This document shows, piece by piece, positions 1 through 8,323 of a DNA stretch of 24,335 nucleotides. The position numbers and the translations under genes were made by a program. Origin of the DNA: Candidatus Jordarchaeia archaeon (GTDB lineage: Archaea; Asgardarchaeota; Jordiarchaeia; Jordiarchaeales; Jordiarchaeaceae). The stretch lies in NCBI GenBank assembly GCA_029856435.1, contig JAHQXB010000019.1, positions 1-24,335 of the forward strand, written 5' to 3'. Position 1 is the first letter of the stretch. The number at the start of each line of letters is the position of its first letter. The notes beneath the pieces were generated by a model. That model was given only the letters and a program-made list of their open reading frames with translations, had not been told where the DNA came from and ran no database searches.

Positions 1-53
1 TTGGACTTTTCTGGATAATGTCCCCCACTCTGGAAAAGAAAAAATAAAGTAGC

Positions 54-74
54 CCTCCTTTCAGGGAAAGGAGG
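54..74 (-). terminator. Perfect 9-bp hairpin followed on the minus strand by a T-rich tract; candidate terminator downstream of the HIT-like gene
   Basis: CCTCCTTTC-AGG-GAAAGGAGG at 54-74. The minus strand continues into ACTTTATTTTTTCTTTTCC (31-50). Confidence 0.45.
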
Positions 75-112
75 CATATAACACCAGGTCGGCTTCCGGG
101 AGCTAAACACTT

Positions 113-174
113 ATACACTAAAGCGCTTCAGACAAAGGATGAAAACCTCAAGTTTTTTCATAGCAACCTACATA
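113..174. repeat. Dispersed intergenic repeat, copy 1
   Basis: 123-174 aligns by hand to 6213-6266 with 46 identities in 54 columns. Weaker similarity extends about 10 bp further left. Confidence 0.85.
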
Positions 175-183
175 CCAAATAAG

Positions 184-453
184 TTATTTATAAACAGTTT
201 TGTATCTGACCACGTGAAAATGAGGATGGTTGGGGATAGATGACCGCCACATTCGGAAATAAACTTCGCCGAATAGTTCACGACACTTGGCTTTGGCTTT
301 TTCATACATTTCTTCTGGAACCTCTTCGTGAGAGCGGAACACCACCATGGGTACTCTGCATAAATCGCATTCTATTATGACATAGTCTTCACATTCAAAA
401 TACCACGTGGTTATCTTTTTCAGTTCACATAACTCACAGACCACATCTATCAA
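184..453 (-). CDS. Small HIT-like (histidine triad) protein with two CxxC motifs, 89 aa
   Basis: C-terminal SIPNHPHFHVV matches HxHxHxx. It also has CELC, CDLC and a central His. TTG start. Confidence 0.7.
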   Translation of the reverse strand: MIDVVCELCELKKITTWYFECEDYVIIECDLCRVPMVVFRSHEEVPEEMYEKAKAKCRELFGEVYFRMWRSSIPNHPHFHVVRYKTVYK

Positions 454-560
454 CTCTCAACCAGTAAATTATTGTGTTTAATTTATTAGGATGGTATGTA
501 TTTTTAAAATTTTAGTGGTTTAAAGAATTTTCTGGCGTAATTTTTGTGTACCTCTAGATG

Positions 561-576
561 GAGATTTAAAAATCTC
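561..576. promoter_or_regulatory. Palindrome GAGATTT-AA-AAATCTC, possible operator upstream of the HIT-like gene
   Basis: Perfect 7-bp inverted repeat with a 2-bp spacer in the intergenic gap. Confidence 0.25.
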
Positions 577-645
577 TGAATCGTTTCGGAGACCCGCATA
601 TCGCCTTAGAGGAAATGTTTGAATAGTAGGATTGTTTTTGAGTGT

Positions 646-1116
646 TTATAGTTGAATTATTTTGTTTCCCCCAGACCTTTTGGCCTTTTGCAATGCTTTC
701 CAAGCCCTGTTTCCTAGAGGGTTTTTGACTATCTCTCTTCTACCTTGGGGTTTTATGTTATAGATGTTTCCGTAAGCTACTCCAATGCTTATAGTGGCGT
801 TGGATTTTGTCTTTTTTCCCAGCATCTCAATTTCTTTTCGAATGTTTTCCAAGTCGCGGTTTAATCCCTCTATGTCTGGCTCCACCACTTCCAAGTAAGC
901 TTCTTCTGTTCCTCTTTCTTGGTCCAGTCCCCATAGGATGTTAGCGGTGTGTTTTGAGGCGAATGATTGTATTAGTTGGGTAAGATTTCCGGTGATTGCA
1001 TTGGGCTTGAATTCTGTCCAACCCATTTTTTTCATAATTTCTTTAAAGTTATCTAGGTCTAGGAATATACCGGCTCCACTGGTTTGGGGTGCCTTCTCTT
1101 TTTTTATTCCTCGCAT
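646..1116 (-). CDS. Standalone degenerate GGDEF-like (palm-fold nucleotidyl cyclase/transferase-like) protein
   Basis: FLDLDNFKEI, RGTEEA (GGDEF position), TISIGVA and AWKALQKAKRSGGNKI follow the GGDEF motif order. The start overlaps the tgtA end by 13 bp. Confidence 0.7.
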   Translation of the reverse strand: MRGIKKEKAPQTSGAGIFLDLDNFKEIMKKMGWTEFKPNAITGNLTQLIQSFASKHTANILWGLDQERGTEEAYLEVVEPDIEGLNRDLENIRKEIEMLGKKTKSNATISIGVAYGNIYNIKPQGRREIVKNPLGNRAWKALQKAKRSGGNKIIQL

Positions 1117-2720
1117 TGGGTTGCTTCCCTCAAAATTTTTTGTAAGGCTTCCATGTTCCTTTTGGAGTCTTCTTCTACCCTAACTATGTGTAAGTCTATG
1201 TTTTTTTCACCACAGACTTTTCGTATGGGCTCGAAACTATCCTCCTCCGGAGGTGCGACTTGAATAATGACTTTGCGGTAATTGTGAGTTTGCAAGTAGC
1301 GGGTTATGACTTTGGTGGTGTGCTGCAGGGTTATTAGGTCAGGTTTCAGATCTATGTGCTGTGATAGGGGGTAAACTTCTTCTAGTTCTAGGGGTATTAA
1401 TCCAAAAATTGTAGACTTTGTTGCTATCTGAATTTTTTTCTGTTGATCTTCTTGGAAGCTCTTAATTATTTTGATTATTTCTGAATGTTCTTTAGATTTG
1501 TGAAAGGGTTTGGTTTTGGGTTCTAGAAGTATTAGGAGAGTGTCTGTTTCTTCTGGTTGTGGAAATGTTTCCAATTTTTTCAGATGTCGAGTAACTTCTG
1601 GCCTTTTTAGTGTTTCTGGGCCGCAGTAGAAGATAGCATGGGGCTTGGTTGTGGGAGTGAAGATTTCTAGAACATCACTGTAATCCCCCAGCCTCCTTAG
1701 GGCTTCAAGGAGGTAGGGGTGGGATCTAGCCCTTATTTCTAGCAGTTCCCAGAGTGTTCCCTCAAGTATGGATTGGCGGATTGTTTTTACCTCCATTAGT
1801 GAAACATAGAGGTTGTGTCTTGCTAGCAGCGCTTCTCTTTCTTTTTGTGGTTTTTCCAAGAGTTCTTGGGGGGAATTCTCTCTGCACACCGGGCAAACAC
1901 ATATATCATATTTGAGTTCCTCCAGCCTTACTGTGCCGGTGGGGGTCAGATATCTATTATTTCTGGCGTATAGGGAATAAGCAGCTGAGTCGAATGTATC
2001 GATCCCCATAGCCACTGCTAGAGAAAACATCATAGGGTGCCCTGCTCCGAACAAGTGGACTGGCCTTTGTAGGGGGAGGTTCTGTTTCGCGACCATAACT
2101 AGGTCAACCAACTTTTCAAACTGGTACTTTTCCATAAGTTGTGTGACGCTGCCTATGGCGTGCAAGTCAAAGTCGAGTTTTCCAATTTCCTTTGCACATT
2201 GTTCAACTAGGTCTAGATATATGCCTCCCTGAACTGGGCCAACCCAGAGTATGTCGTCTCGCGTTCTCTGTGTTTGACTGTCTTTAGCGTTTTTTATGGT
2301 CTGTTTCACCCCATTCTCTACTTCTGAATAGGTGGCATCAACACTTGAAGGTATGTCTAGGATTATGGCGATATCAGTGTTAATTTCTTCCTGTACTCTT
2401 ACAATCTCTTCTGAGGACACGTCAACCTCGCCATATACCAGTAGTTGATAAGCTCCACTATCGGTCATTATGGGCCCCTGAAAGTTTAAAAAATCGTGGA
2501 GTCCTTCCTTCTTGGCTTGTTCATAGAAATTCTTCTTGATGATAAAAGCATTGGTGATGATTGCTTCACATTTGAACTCCTTCTTCATAATGTTGGGGGG
2601 GATAATTTGGTTTTTGGGATCTATGACGGGTAGTAGGGCCGGAGTTTGAAAACTTCCGCTTTTTGTTTTGATTTGGCCGATTCTAGCCATTAGGTCACGG
2701 TATTTTATTTCAAAAACCAT
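1104..2720 (-). CDS. tgtA: Archaeosine tRNA-guanine transglycosylase (7-cyano-7-deazaguanine tRNA-ribosyltransferase), no PUA domain recognised
   Basis: N-terminal ARIGQIKT..TPALLPV, MTDSGAYQ, HLFGAGHP, DTFDSAAY and the Zn site CVCPVC...HN. Confidence 0.95.
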   Translation of the reverse strand: MVFEIKYRDLMARIGQIKTKSGSFQTPALLPVIDPKNQIIPPNIMKKEFKCEAIITNAFIIKKNFYEQAKKEGLHDFLNFQGPIMTDSGAYQLLVYGEVDVSSEEIVRVQEEINTDIAIILDIPSSVDATYSEVENGVKQTIKNAKDSQTQRTRDDILWVGPVQGGIYLDLVEQCAKEIGKLDFDLHAIGSVTQLMEKYQFEKLVDLVMVAKQNLPLQRPVHLFGAGHPMMFSLAVAMGIDTFDSAAYSLYARNNRYLTPTGTVRLEELKYDICVCPVCRENSPQELLEKPQKEREALLARHNLYVSLMEVKTIRQSILEGTLWELLEIRARSHPYLLEALRRLGDYSDVLEIFTPTTKPHAIFYCGPETLKRPEVTRHLKKLETFPQPEETDTLLILLEPKTKPFHKSKEHSEIIKIIKSFQEDQQKKIQIATKSTIFGLIPLELEEVYPLSQHIDLKPDLITLQHTTKVITRYLQTHNYRKVIIQVAPPEEDSFEPIRKVCGEKNIDLHIVRVEEDSKRNMEALQKILREATQCEE

Positions 2721-2735
2721 TTTGGGGGCAGCGTC

Positions 2736-4067
2736 CTATTCCTTCCAGCCTATTCCCTTATACTTGAATCCCTCTCTCTTAACAATATCGGGGTTCAGTA
2801 TCCTTCTCCCATCTACAATGAAGCGGTTCCGCATTAAACCTTTTATTTCGGGTAGGGGTAGATTTTTGAATTCGTCCCACTCAGTAACTATTAATAAACA
2901 ATCAGCATTTTTTACAGCTTCTAGGATATTTGGAGCATATTTTATTTTCTTTCCAAAAATTTTTTTGGCATTATCCATCGCAGCAGGGTCGTAGACTGCG
3001 ACTTTTGCCTTTTCACCTAACAAAGTGGAAATTATTTTTATAGAAGGCGCTTCTCGCATATCATCTGTATTGGGTTTGAATGACAGCCCCAGTACGGTAA
3101 TATTTTTATCATTAAGGTTTCCCAGAAGCTCCTTTGCAAGTTCAATTAATTTTAGTGGTTGATTTTTATTTACTTCTAGCACCGAATTCAACAATATGGG
3201 ATTAACGCCCACACCTTTTGAGGCTGAGATTAGTGCCTGCACATCCTTAGGAAAACAAGAGCCACCAAAACCGGCGCCTGCTCTTAAAAAGTGGGGATTG
3301 ATTCTAAAGTCCAAGCCTATACCCTCCGCCACCTTATTGACGTCCACTCCGAGTTCTTTGCAGATATTGGCAATTTCGTTTATGAAGGAAACTTTTGTTG
3401 CGAGAAAGGCATTGTTGGCATACTTTATCATTTCAGCCGTGCGAATATCGGTTCTCAAAATAGTTGAATTAAAAGGCTTAAAAATCGCCTCTAGGACATC
3501 CCCCGCTTTTTCGTTGTTGCTTCCGATTATTATTCTGTCAGGATTTCTAAAATCATAAACCGCGGAACCCTCCCTGAGAAATTCGGGATTAGAACAGACA
3601 CCGAAGTCTACCCCCTCTTGTTTTTTAGAGCTTTTCTCAATTATGGGTATAACAACGCGCTCCGTGGTTCCTGGAATTACAGTGCTTTTAACCACCACAA
3701 CGTGATAAGAATTTTTTTCCGCCAAGCCTTTTCCAATGGTCTCGGAAGCAGATCTTACTGCCGTTAGGTCAATTTTCCCCTTCACAGTGGGAGTTCCCAC
3801 CGTGATGAATGTTAATTGGGAATCTACTACTGCTTTCTGAATGTCTGTTGTTGCAAGGAGTTTATTTCCTTCCAGCGCCCTTTTCATTAGCTTCGGGACC
3901 TCTGGCTCAAATATGGGAGACTTACCCTTATTAACCAACTCGATTTTTTCTTTGTCAATATCGGCACAGATTACATTGTAGCCCATATCGGCTAAACATG
4001 TACCAGTCACAATTCCAACATAACCAAGTCCAATAACAGAAATTGTTTTTATTTCATAGTCAAGCAT
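2736..4067 (-). CDS. ugd: UDP-glucose/GDP-mannose 6-dehydrogenase family protein
   Basis: Rossmann motif GLGYVG, VGTP, KSTV.PGT, NPEFLREG, catalytic GFGGSCFPKD and FKPNTDDMRE. Confidence 0.93.
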   Translation of the reverse strand: MLDYEIKTISVIGLGYVGIVTGTCLADMGYNVICADIDKEKIELVNKGKSPIFEPEVPKLMKRALEGNKLLATTDIQKAVVDSQLTFITVGTPTVKGKIDLTAVRSASETIGKGLAEKNSYHVVVVKSTVIPGTTERVVIPIIEKSSKKQEGVDFGVCSNPEFLREGSAVYDFRNPDRIIIGSNNEKAGDVLEAIFKPFNSTILRTDIRTAEMIKYANNAFLATKVSFINEIANICKELGVDVNKVAEGIGLDFRINPHFLRAGAGFGGSCFPKDVQALISASKGVGVNPILLNSVLEVNKNQPLKLIELAKELLGNLNDKNITVLGLSFKPNTDDMREAPSIKIISTLLGEKAKVAVYDPAAMDNAKKIFGKKIKYAPNILEAVKNADCLLIVTEWDEFKNLPLPEIKGLMRNRFIVDGRRILNPDIVKREGFKYKGIGWKE

Positions 4068-4114
4068 AATTCGTGGTCTCCAGCAAATTTACCGAGATTT
4101 GAAGTCTGCTAAGT

Positions 4115-4714
4115 TTAAAAAATTTTACGTCCTTTAATTGAAAGTCGCGGCTCTAATTTTTGTTTGACCACTTGACGAGGATTCAAAAGTTTAAGACCGT
4201 TTTTTGCGACTGGGTCTTTGGCTTCACGTGTTATAATCTGGTCATTCTTTAGATCAATTAGAAAAATAGCGAGCTCCCTCTTTTGGTATCTTTTGACGAA
4301 ATCGACAGCCCTATCGGTGAAACCATGTTCGGAAACTATTCCCAGCCAGGCCCAAGTAATATCATTTTTTGCCATGTAAACTCTAGTGGCGCGCACCGCC
4401 CGTTGCAAAAAAGAAACTTTAGGTTCTCTTGCCTTTTCTATAAAGAATATTGCTCCAGTATCCCAGTCAGGTACAGTCATAGCCGCCGACATCTTCGCTA
4501 AAAAGAAGCCACCTACCCTTTTCATGTTACCCTTTATCGCCAAATCCGCTTTAGCTATGCCTAAATCAACATTCCTCTGAGTCTCATACCAGCTTGATAC
4601 ACCTTTACCCTTCTCATAAATCATCTTCTCAACCTTATTTAGATACTCCTCGTTATCCATGGGAACACCACTAAAAGCAAATTGATTTCTCTCCATTAGT
4701 CTTTTCTGAGACAC
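4115..4714 (-). CDS. Hypothetical protein with a degenerate restriction-endonuclease-like (Mrr/PD-(D/E)xK-type) fold
   Basis: The element order ADLAI...FFIEK...WLGIVSEHGFTDRAVDFV...IFLID resembles Mrr-type domains. The catalytic motif is not canonical. GTG start, with alternative downstream ATGs. Confidence 0.45.
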   Translation of the reverse strand: MSQKRLMERNQFAFSGVPMDNEEYLNKVEKMIYEKGKGVSSWYETQRNVDLGIAKADLAIKGNMKRVGGFFLAKMSAAMTVPDWDTGAIFFIEKAREPKVSFLQRAVRATRVYMAKNDITWAWLGIVSEHGFTDRAVDFVKRYQKRELAIFLIDLKNDQIITREAKDPVAKNGLKLLNPRQVVKQKLEPRLSIKGRKIF

Positions 4715-4863
4715 TTATTTAAGAGTATGGTTTCAAAAAAATAGGGGAAGTCTACTCAGATCAAGTTCCAACCTTGTATGTAAAATAAGCTTAACAGTGA
4801 GAATAATATTGTTATTTGAATAGTGATTTGGATTTGGCTATTTATCCTCCCAATTCTGGAGTT

Positions 4864-5808
4864 TTATCCATCTACACGCCAATATCTTTTAATTCCCTCT
4901 TTTGTTAGATCTATTAGGTACCCTTTGAGTATACCTTCGCCGTATTCTGACCCGGGATTGAGGCACAGTGTTCTCCCATATCTTTTCTCTCCGGCCGATT
5001 CATGAACATGGCCGTGTAGACCCAGCTTCGGCATGTATGTTTTCATGAGTTTCTGAAGAGATTTAGAGCCCACTGGAATAAATTCTGGTTTACCCATAAC
5101 ATATTTTACTCGCATATTTTTGTCAAGCTTGGGGGCCAGATCCAAATTGCTTTTATAGGGAGGCACGTGAAAGTTACAGATTAAGTTGTCATAGCTGTCA
5201 ACCCGTTTAAACTCGGTTTCGAGTTTTTTACCCAACTCTTCTTCAGATACCTCTCTTGGCGAATTCCAAGGTGTGGGATTCGACCAGCAGCAGCTTATCA
5301 TTTCATGGTCTCTGTCTATTTCAACAACTTTCTCTTCAGGATAAATTACCCGTTCACTCTCTTTGATTACATTATCGATAACGAATCTATCGTCGTTTCC
5401 AGGTGAGAGTATGATTTTAACATTTTTATTGACCCGCCCGTCTGCCATCCCCAGCCATCTTCTCAACTCTTCAACCATGAGAACGTCAAAAAGTTTATCA
5501 ACCTTCTTTTTGTCAGCCTCGAGCTCCTCAACTTCACTCTCACTACAAACATAAGGATAGTAACCGCTGAACCTTATCTTGCTTTTTAAGTCCTCAACCT
5601 CTTGTTTAGTAGTTAATGTGTAATCGTTTCCAAAAACTGAAGTGGTGAACGTCCCATTTTTGTGTTCAACTATGGGGATTATGAGTTTGCCAGTCACATC
5701 CCCGCCCATGATAATAACGTCTGCTTTGTAGAATTCTGCGGCGTTTAGGAATTTCACCCAGCATTTTTCTGAACCATGGATGTCTGATGTGAAAAATATA
5801 AGAGTCAA
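4864..5808 (-). CDS. Calcineurin-like (Icc-related) metallophosphoesterase
   Basis: Motifs SDIHGS, GGDVTG, PGNDD, FHVPP and GHVHES. GGAGG lies 7 nt upstream of the TTG start. Confidence 0.9.
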   Translation of the reverse strand: MTLIFFTSDIHGSEKCWVKFLNAAEFYKADVIIMGGDVTGKLIIPIVEHKNGTFTTSVFGNDYTLTTKQEVEDLKSKIRFSGYYPYVCSESEVEELEADKKKVDKLFDVLMVEELRRWLGMADGRVNKNVKIILSPGNDDRFVIDNVIKESERVIYPEEKVVEIDRDHEMISCCWSNPTPWNSPREVSEEELGKKLETEFKRVDSYDNLICNFHVPPYKSNLDLAPKLDKNMRVKYVMGKPEFIPVGSKSLQKLMKTYMPKLGLHGHVHESAGEKRYGRTLCLNPGSEYGEGILKGYLIDLTKEGIKRYWRVDG

Positions 5809-5894
5809 TGCTCATCCTCCACTATTACATTTATTTAATTTTTACAAAAAGACTAACTTCTAATAAATCTTTCCAATAATTAACCAGATATACA

Positions 5895-6180
5895 ATGGCA
5901 CGCTGTCTTATTTTGGTGATGATAGGGCTGCTGTTGTTGTGATTTCTGCCAGTCCTCCGATTCCCAGAGTGATTCTCACAAGCGCCGCCACCAAAAGGTT
6001 GAAGCCCCTCGTCCCACCGAGGCTGCTCCAAACATTTTCCATACGGTTGTTAGTGATGAACAAGCTTCGGAAGGCCTCAAGGACCCGTGCACAAACAAGC
6101 CTTCAGATAAGCCCTTTCCGCTCCCTCAACCCAATTTTTCGAACATTATTGTGGTCAGCCCCCTCTCTGACTGAGCGAGA
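5895..6180 (-). pseudogene. Possible heavily decayed coding relic, transposase-like
   Basis: GC-rich segment (136/260 GC over 5921-6180, hand count). Broken minus-strand frames read VEGAERAYLKA and LFITNNRMENVWSSLGGTRGF, loosely like the DG..Y and NNxxE motifs of DDE transposases. Confidence 0.2.
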
Positions 6181-6290
6181 AGCTTTTTCATAGAAAACCC
6201 CCATACGCTTACGCGTTTTAGATAAAGGATGAAACCCTAAAGATTTTTCATAGCAAAACCTACATAAGCTTCGCTTTTTAGATAAATACA
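6181..6290. repeat. Degenerate tandem repeat, about two units with ~60-bp period, containing dispersed repeat copy 2
   Basis: AGCTTTTTCATAG-AAAACCCCCATACGCTTACGCGTTTTAGATAAA (from 6181) versus AGATTTTTCATAGCAAAACCTACATAAGCTT-CGCTTTTTAGATAAA (from 6241). Confidence 0.8.
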
Positions 6291-6349
6291 TACGAAAAAA
6301 TTTACCACTAAAATATGTTTGACATTGAGGGAGTATATTTTTGGTAATT

Positions 6350-7018
6350 TTAAGCATTTTGGATTTTTCTCCAGATTTTTTCCATTAGTTCCTCATAAGT
6401 AGTTCCTTTTGCGATTCTACTTATTATTTCTCGAAAACTTTTAACCTGGTCAACTAATGGCTTTGCTTCTTCCGGGAATCCTTTTAAATTATAAAGTTCA
6501 ATTCTAGTAGCGTGAATTATTGATTCTAATATTAAATTAGGAGCTCTACAGACCGGTGTGGCGCATGAATCAATTATTTCTGCGTCTTTTACGCTAAACA
6601 CCACTTCACATCTGTCTTCATCGATTTTTCGCATATTGTCTACTGTAACCTCTATGTAAGCCGAAGCGGAGACTAGAATTGGTGCATTTACAGTCTTTGA
6701 GGGCTTAAATATTTCCTCTCCCAGACTCCTTTTATCTAGTGACGTTCTGTAAAAAAGAGCAATGTCGTTTGTAATATTTATCACAGCGCATCCCTTTTCT
6801 TTGATGTTTCTGTAGGTTTGACTTGAAGTGAATATTTTTGCCACAATTTTCTCCATATCGGGGGTGCTTATTCCCATCGGCGCCGCGTTAGGCTTAGAAC
6901 TCCCATTGTAAGTTGTGAATATGGTCTCATATACACAATTTGGAATAATCTTTAATTTTTTGAGTATCTCGGATCCCATGCCACTCTCAACCACACTAAT
7001 ATGTTTAAAAAGACTCAT
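6350..7018 (-). CDS. DUF447-family protein (FMN-binding split-barrel-like, associated with tetrahydromethanopterin synthesis genes)
   Basis: YETIFTT..PNAAPMGI, SQTYRNI....AVINIT and RAPNLILESIIHATRI. The start may be a downstream ATG (MGSEIL). Confidence 0.85.
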   Translation of the reverse strand: MSLFKHISVVESGMGSEILKKLKIIPNCVYETIFTTYNGSSKPNAAPMGISTPDMEKIVAKIFTSSQTYRNIKEKGCAVINITNDIALFYRTSLDKRSLGEEIFKPSKTVNAPILVSASAYIEVTVDNMRKIDEDRCEVVFSVKDAEIIDSCATPVCRAPNLILESIIHATRIELYNLKGFPEEAKPLVDQVKSFREIISRIAKGTTYEELMEKIWRKIQNA

Positions 7019-7133
7019 AAATCAATTAAGTTCAAATTCTTGAACGCCTAAATTAATTTTGATACAAACTATTAATATAGTCTTGTGGCATATTTTAAAA
7101 CGATAGAATCTTTACGTTATTGAGGGTTTAAAA

Positions 7134-8081
7134 ATGAGTTCACCAACCGAATTGGAGGATTTGCCTGGAGTTGGACCAGCCATAGCGAAGAAACTATCCG
7201 AAGCAGGTTATAGAAGCCCGGAAGCAGTGGCAGTAGCTACCCCCAAGGAATTAGCCGCTGCAGCAGACATTGGAGAATCTACTGCCACTAGGATAATTGA
7301 GGCCGCCAGAGAAATGCTAAACATAGGCTTTGTTTCCGCCCAGGAGTTTTTGGAACAGAGGAAAAAAATATCCACCATAACCACAGGCACCAAAAATCTT
7401 GACCAATTACTTGGTGGGGGAATAGAAACAAGAGGTATAACCGAATTTTTCGGAGAGTTCAGAACTGGTAAAACTCAGATATGCCTCCAGCTATCCGTCA
7501 CTGTACAATTACCAGAGGAAAGAGGAGGGCTCAACGGAGAATCTATTTACATTGATACAGAGGGGACCTTCAGGCCGGAACGACTCGTACAGATAGCTTT
7601 AAAATTTGAGTTAGACCCTAAAGAGGTTTTAAAGCGAGTCATATACGCCCGAGCCTACAACTCGGACCATCAACTATATCTTTCCCAAAACATTGATGGA
7701 TTAATAGAGAAGGGTAGAAACATAAAACTAGTCGTTGTAGACAGTATGGTGGGACACTTTAGGTCCGAGTATATTGGTCGGGGAATGCTCGCTGAGAGAC
7801 AACAGAAACTAAACAAACACTTACACACATTGTTGAGATTAGCGGAACTCTACAACCTCGCAGTGGTGGTAACTAATCAGGTTATGGCAAAGCCGGATGC
7901 CTTCTTTGGCGACCCCACATCACCTGTTGGAGGACACATTGTCGCCCACAACTGCACCACTAGGGTATACCTTAGAAAAAGTAAGGGTAACCAGCGAATA
8001 GCCCGCCTTGTAGATAGCCCCTACCTTCCAGAATTGGAAGTACTATTTGCAATAGATGAAAACGGTGTAATCGACGCTTAA
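7134..8081 (+). CDS. radA: DNA repair and recombination protein RadA
   Basis: N-terminal Hh[18 protein letters not shown], Walker A GEFRTGKT, Walker [18 protein letters not shown] and TNQV. No intein. Confidence 0.98.
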   Translation: MSSPTELEDLPGVGPAIAKKLSEAGYRSPEAVAVATPKELAAAADIGESTATRIIEAAREMLNIGFVSAQEFLEQRKKISTITTGTKNLDQLLGGGIETRGITEFFGEFRTGKTQICLQLSVTVQLPEERGGLNGESIYIDTEGTFRPERLVQIALKFELDPKEVLKRVIYARAYNSDHQLYLSQNIDGLIEKGRNIKLVVVDSMVGHFRSEYIGRGMLAERQQKLNKHLHTLLRLAELYNLAVVVTNQVMAKPDAFFGDPTSPVGGHIVAHNCTTRVYLRKSKGNQRIARLVDSPYLPELEVLFAIDENGVIDA

Positions 8082-8323
8082 CAACTCTAACAAGCGAATC
8101 AAGCTTCAAAATACGGAAAAGCTCCTCAGGTGAAATTGTAAAACTGTAGGCAGTAAAGCCCTTGAATCTAGTTGAGGGGCGCGTCAACTTCTATACCTTC
8201 TTTTTATAATATTTGGTTTAAGTGTAAACATAAATATTTGAAAAAAGTTGGAGACAAGCTTGGTTTTGTCAACGTTTCCTGAACTTAAATTGTAAATTCT
8301 TTAAATGTGAATAAGAGTCAAAA

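Noticed and set aside
5667-5815. Out-of-frame ATG directly after GGAGG upstream of the metallophosphoesterase
   Set aside because: It has zero spacing from the Shine-Dalgarno site. The in-frame TTG at 7 nt spacing explains the site better.
6181-6290. CRISPR array
   Set aside because: There are only about two degenerate units, no unique spacers and no cas genes in the window.
5831-6357. ORFs 5831..6031, 5939..6193 and 6103..6357
   Set aside because: They have no family motifs, atypical composition, and overlap the repeat or relic region. Treated as spurious.
7134-8081. Intein in RadA
   Set aside because: The protein is 315 aa with continuous RadA motifs around Walker A and no insertion.
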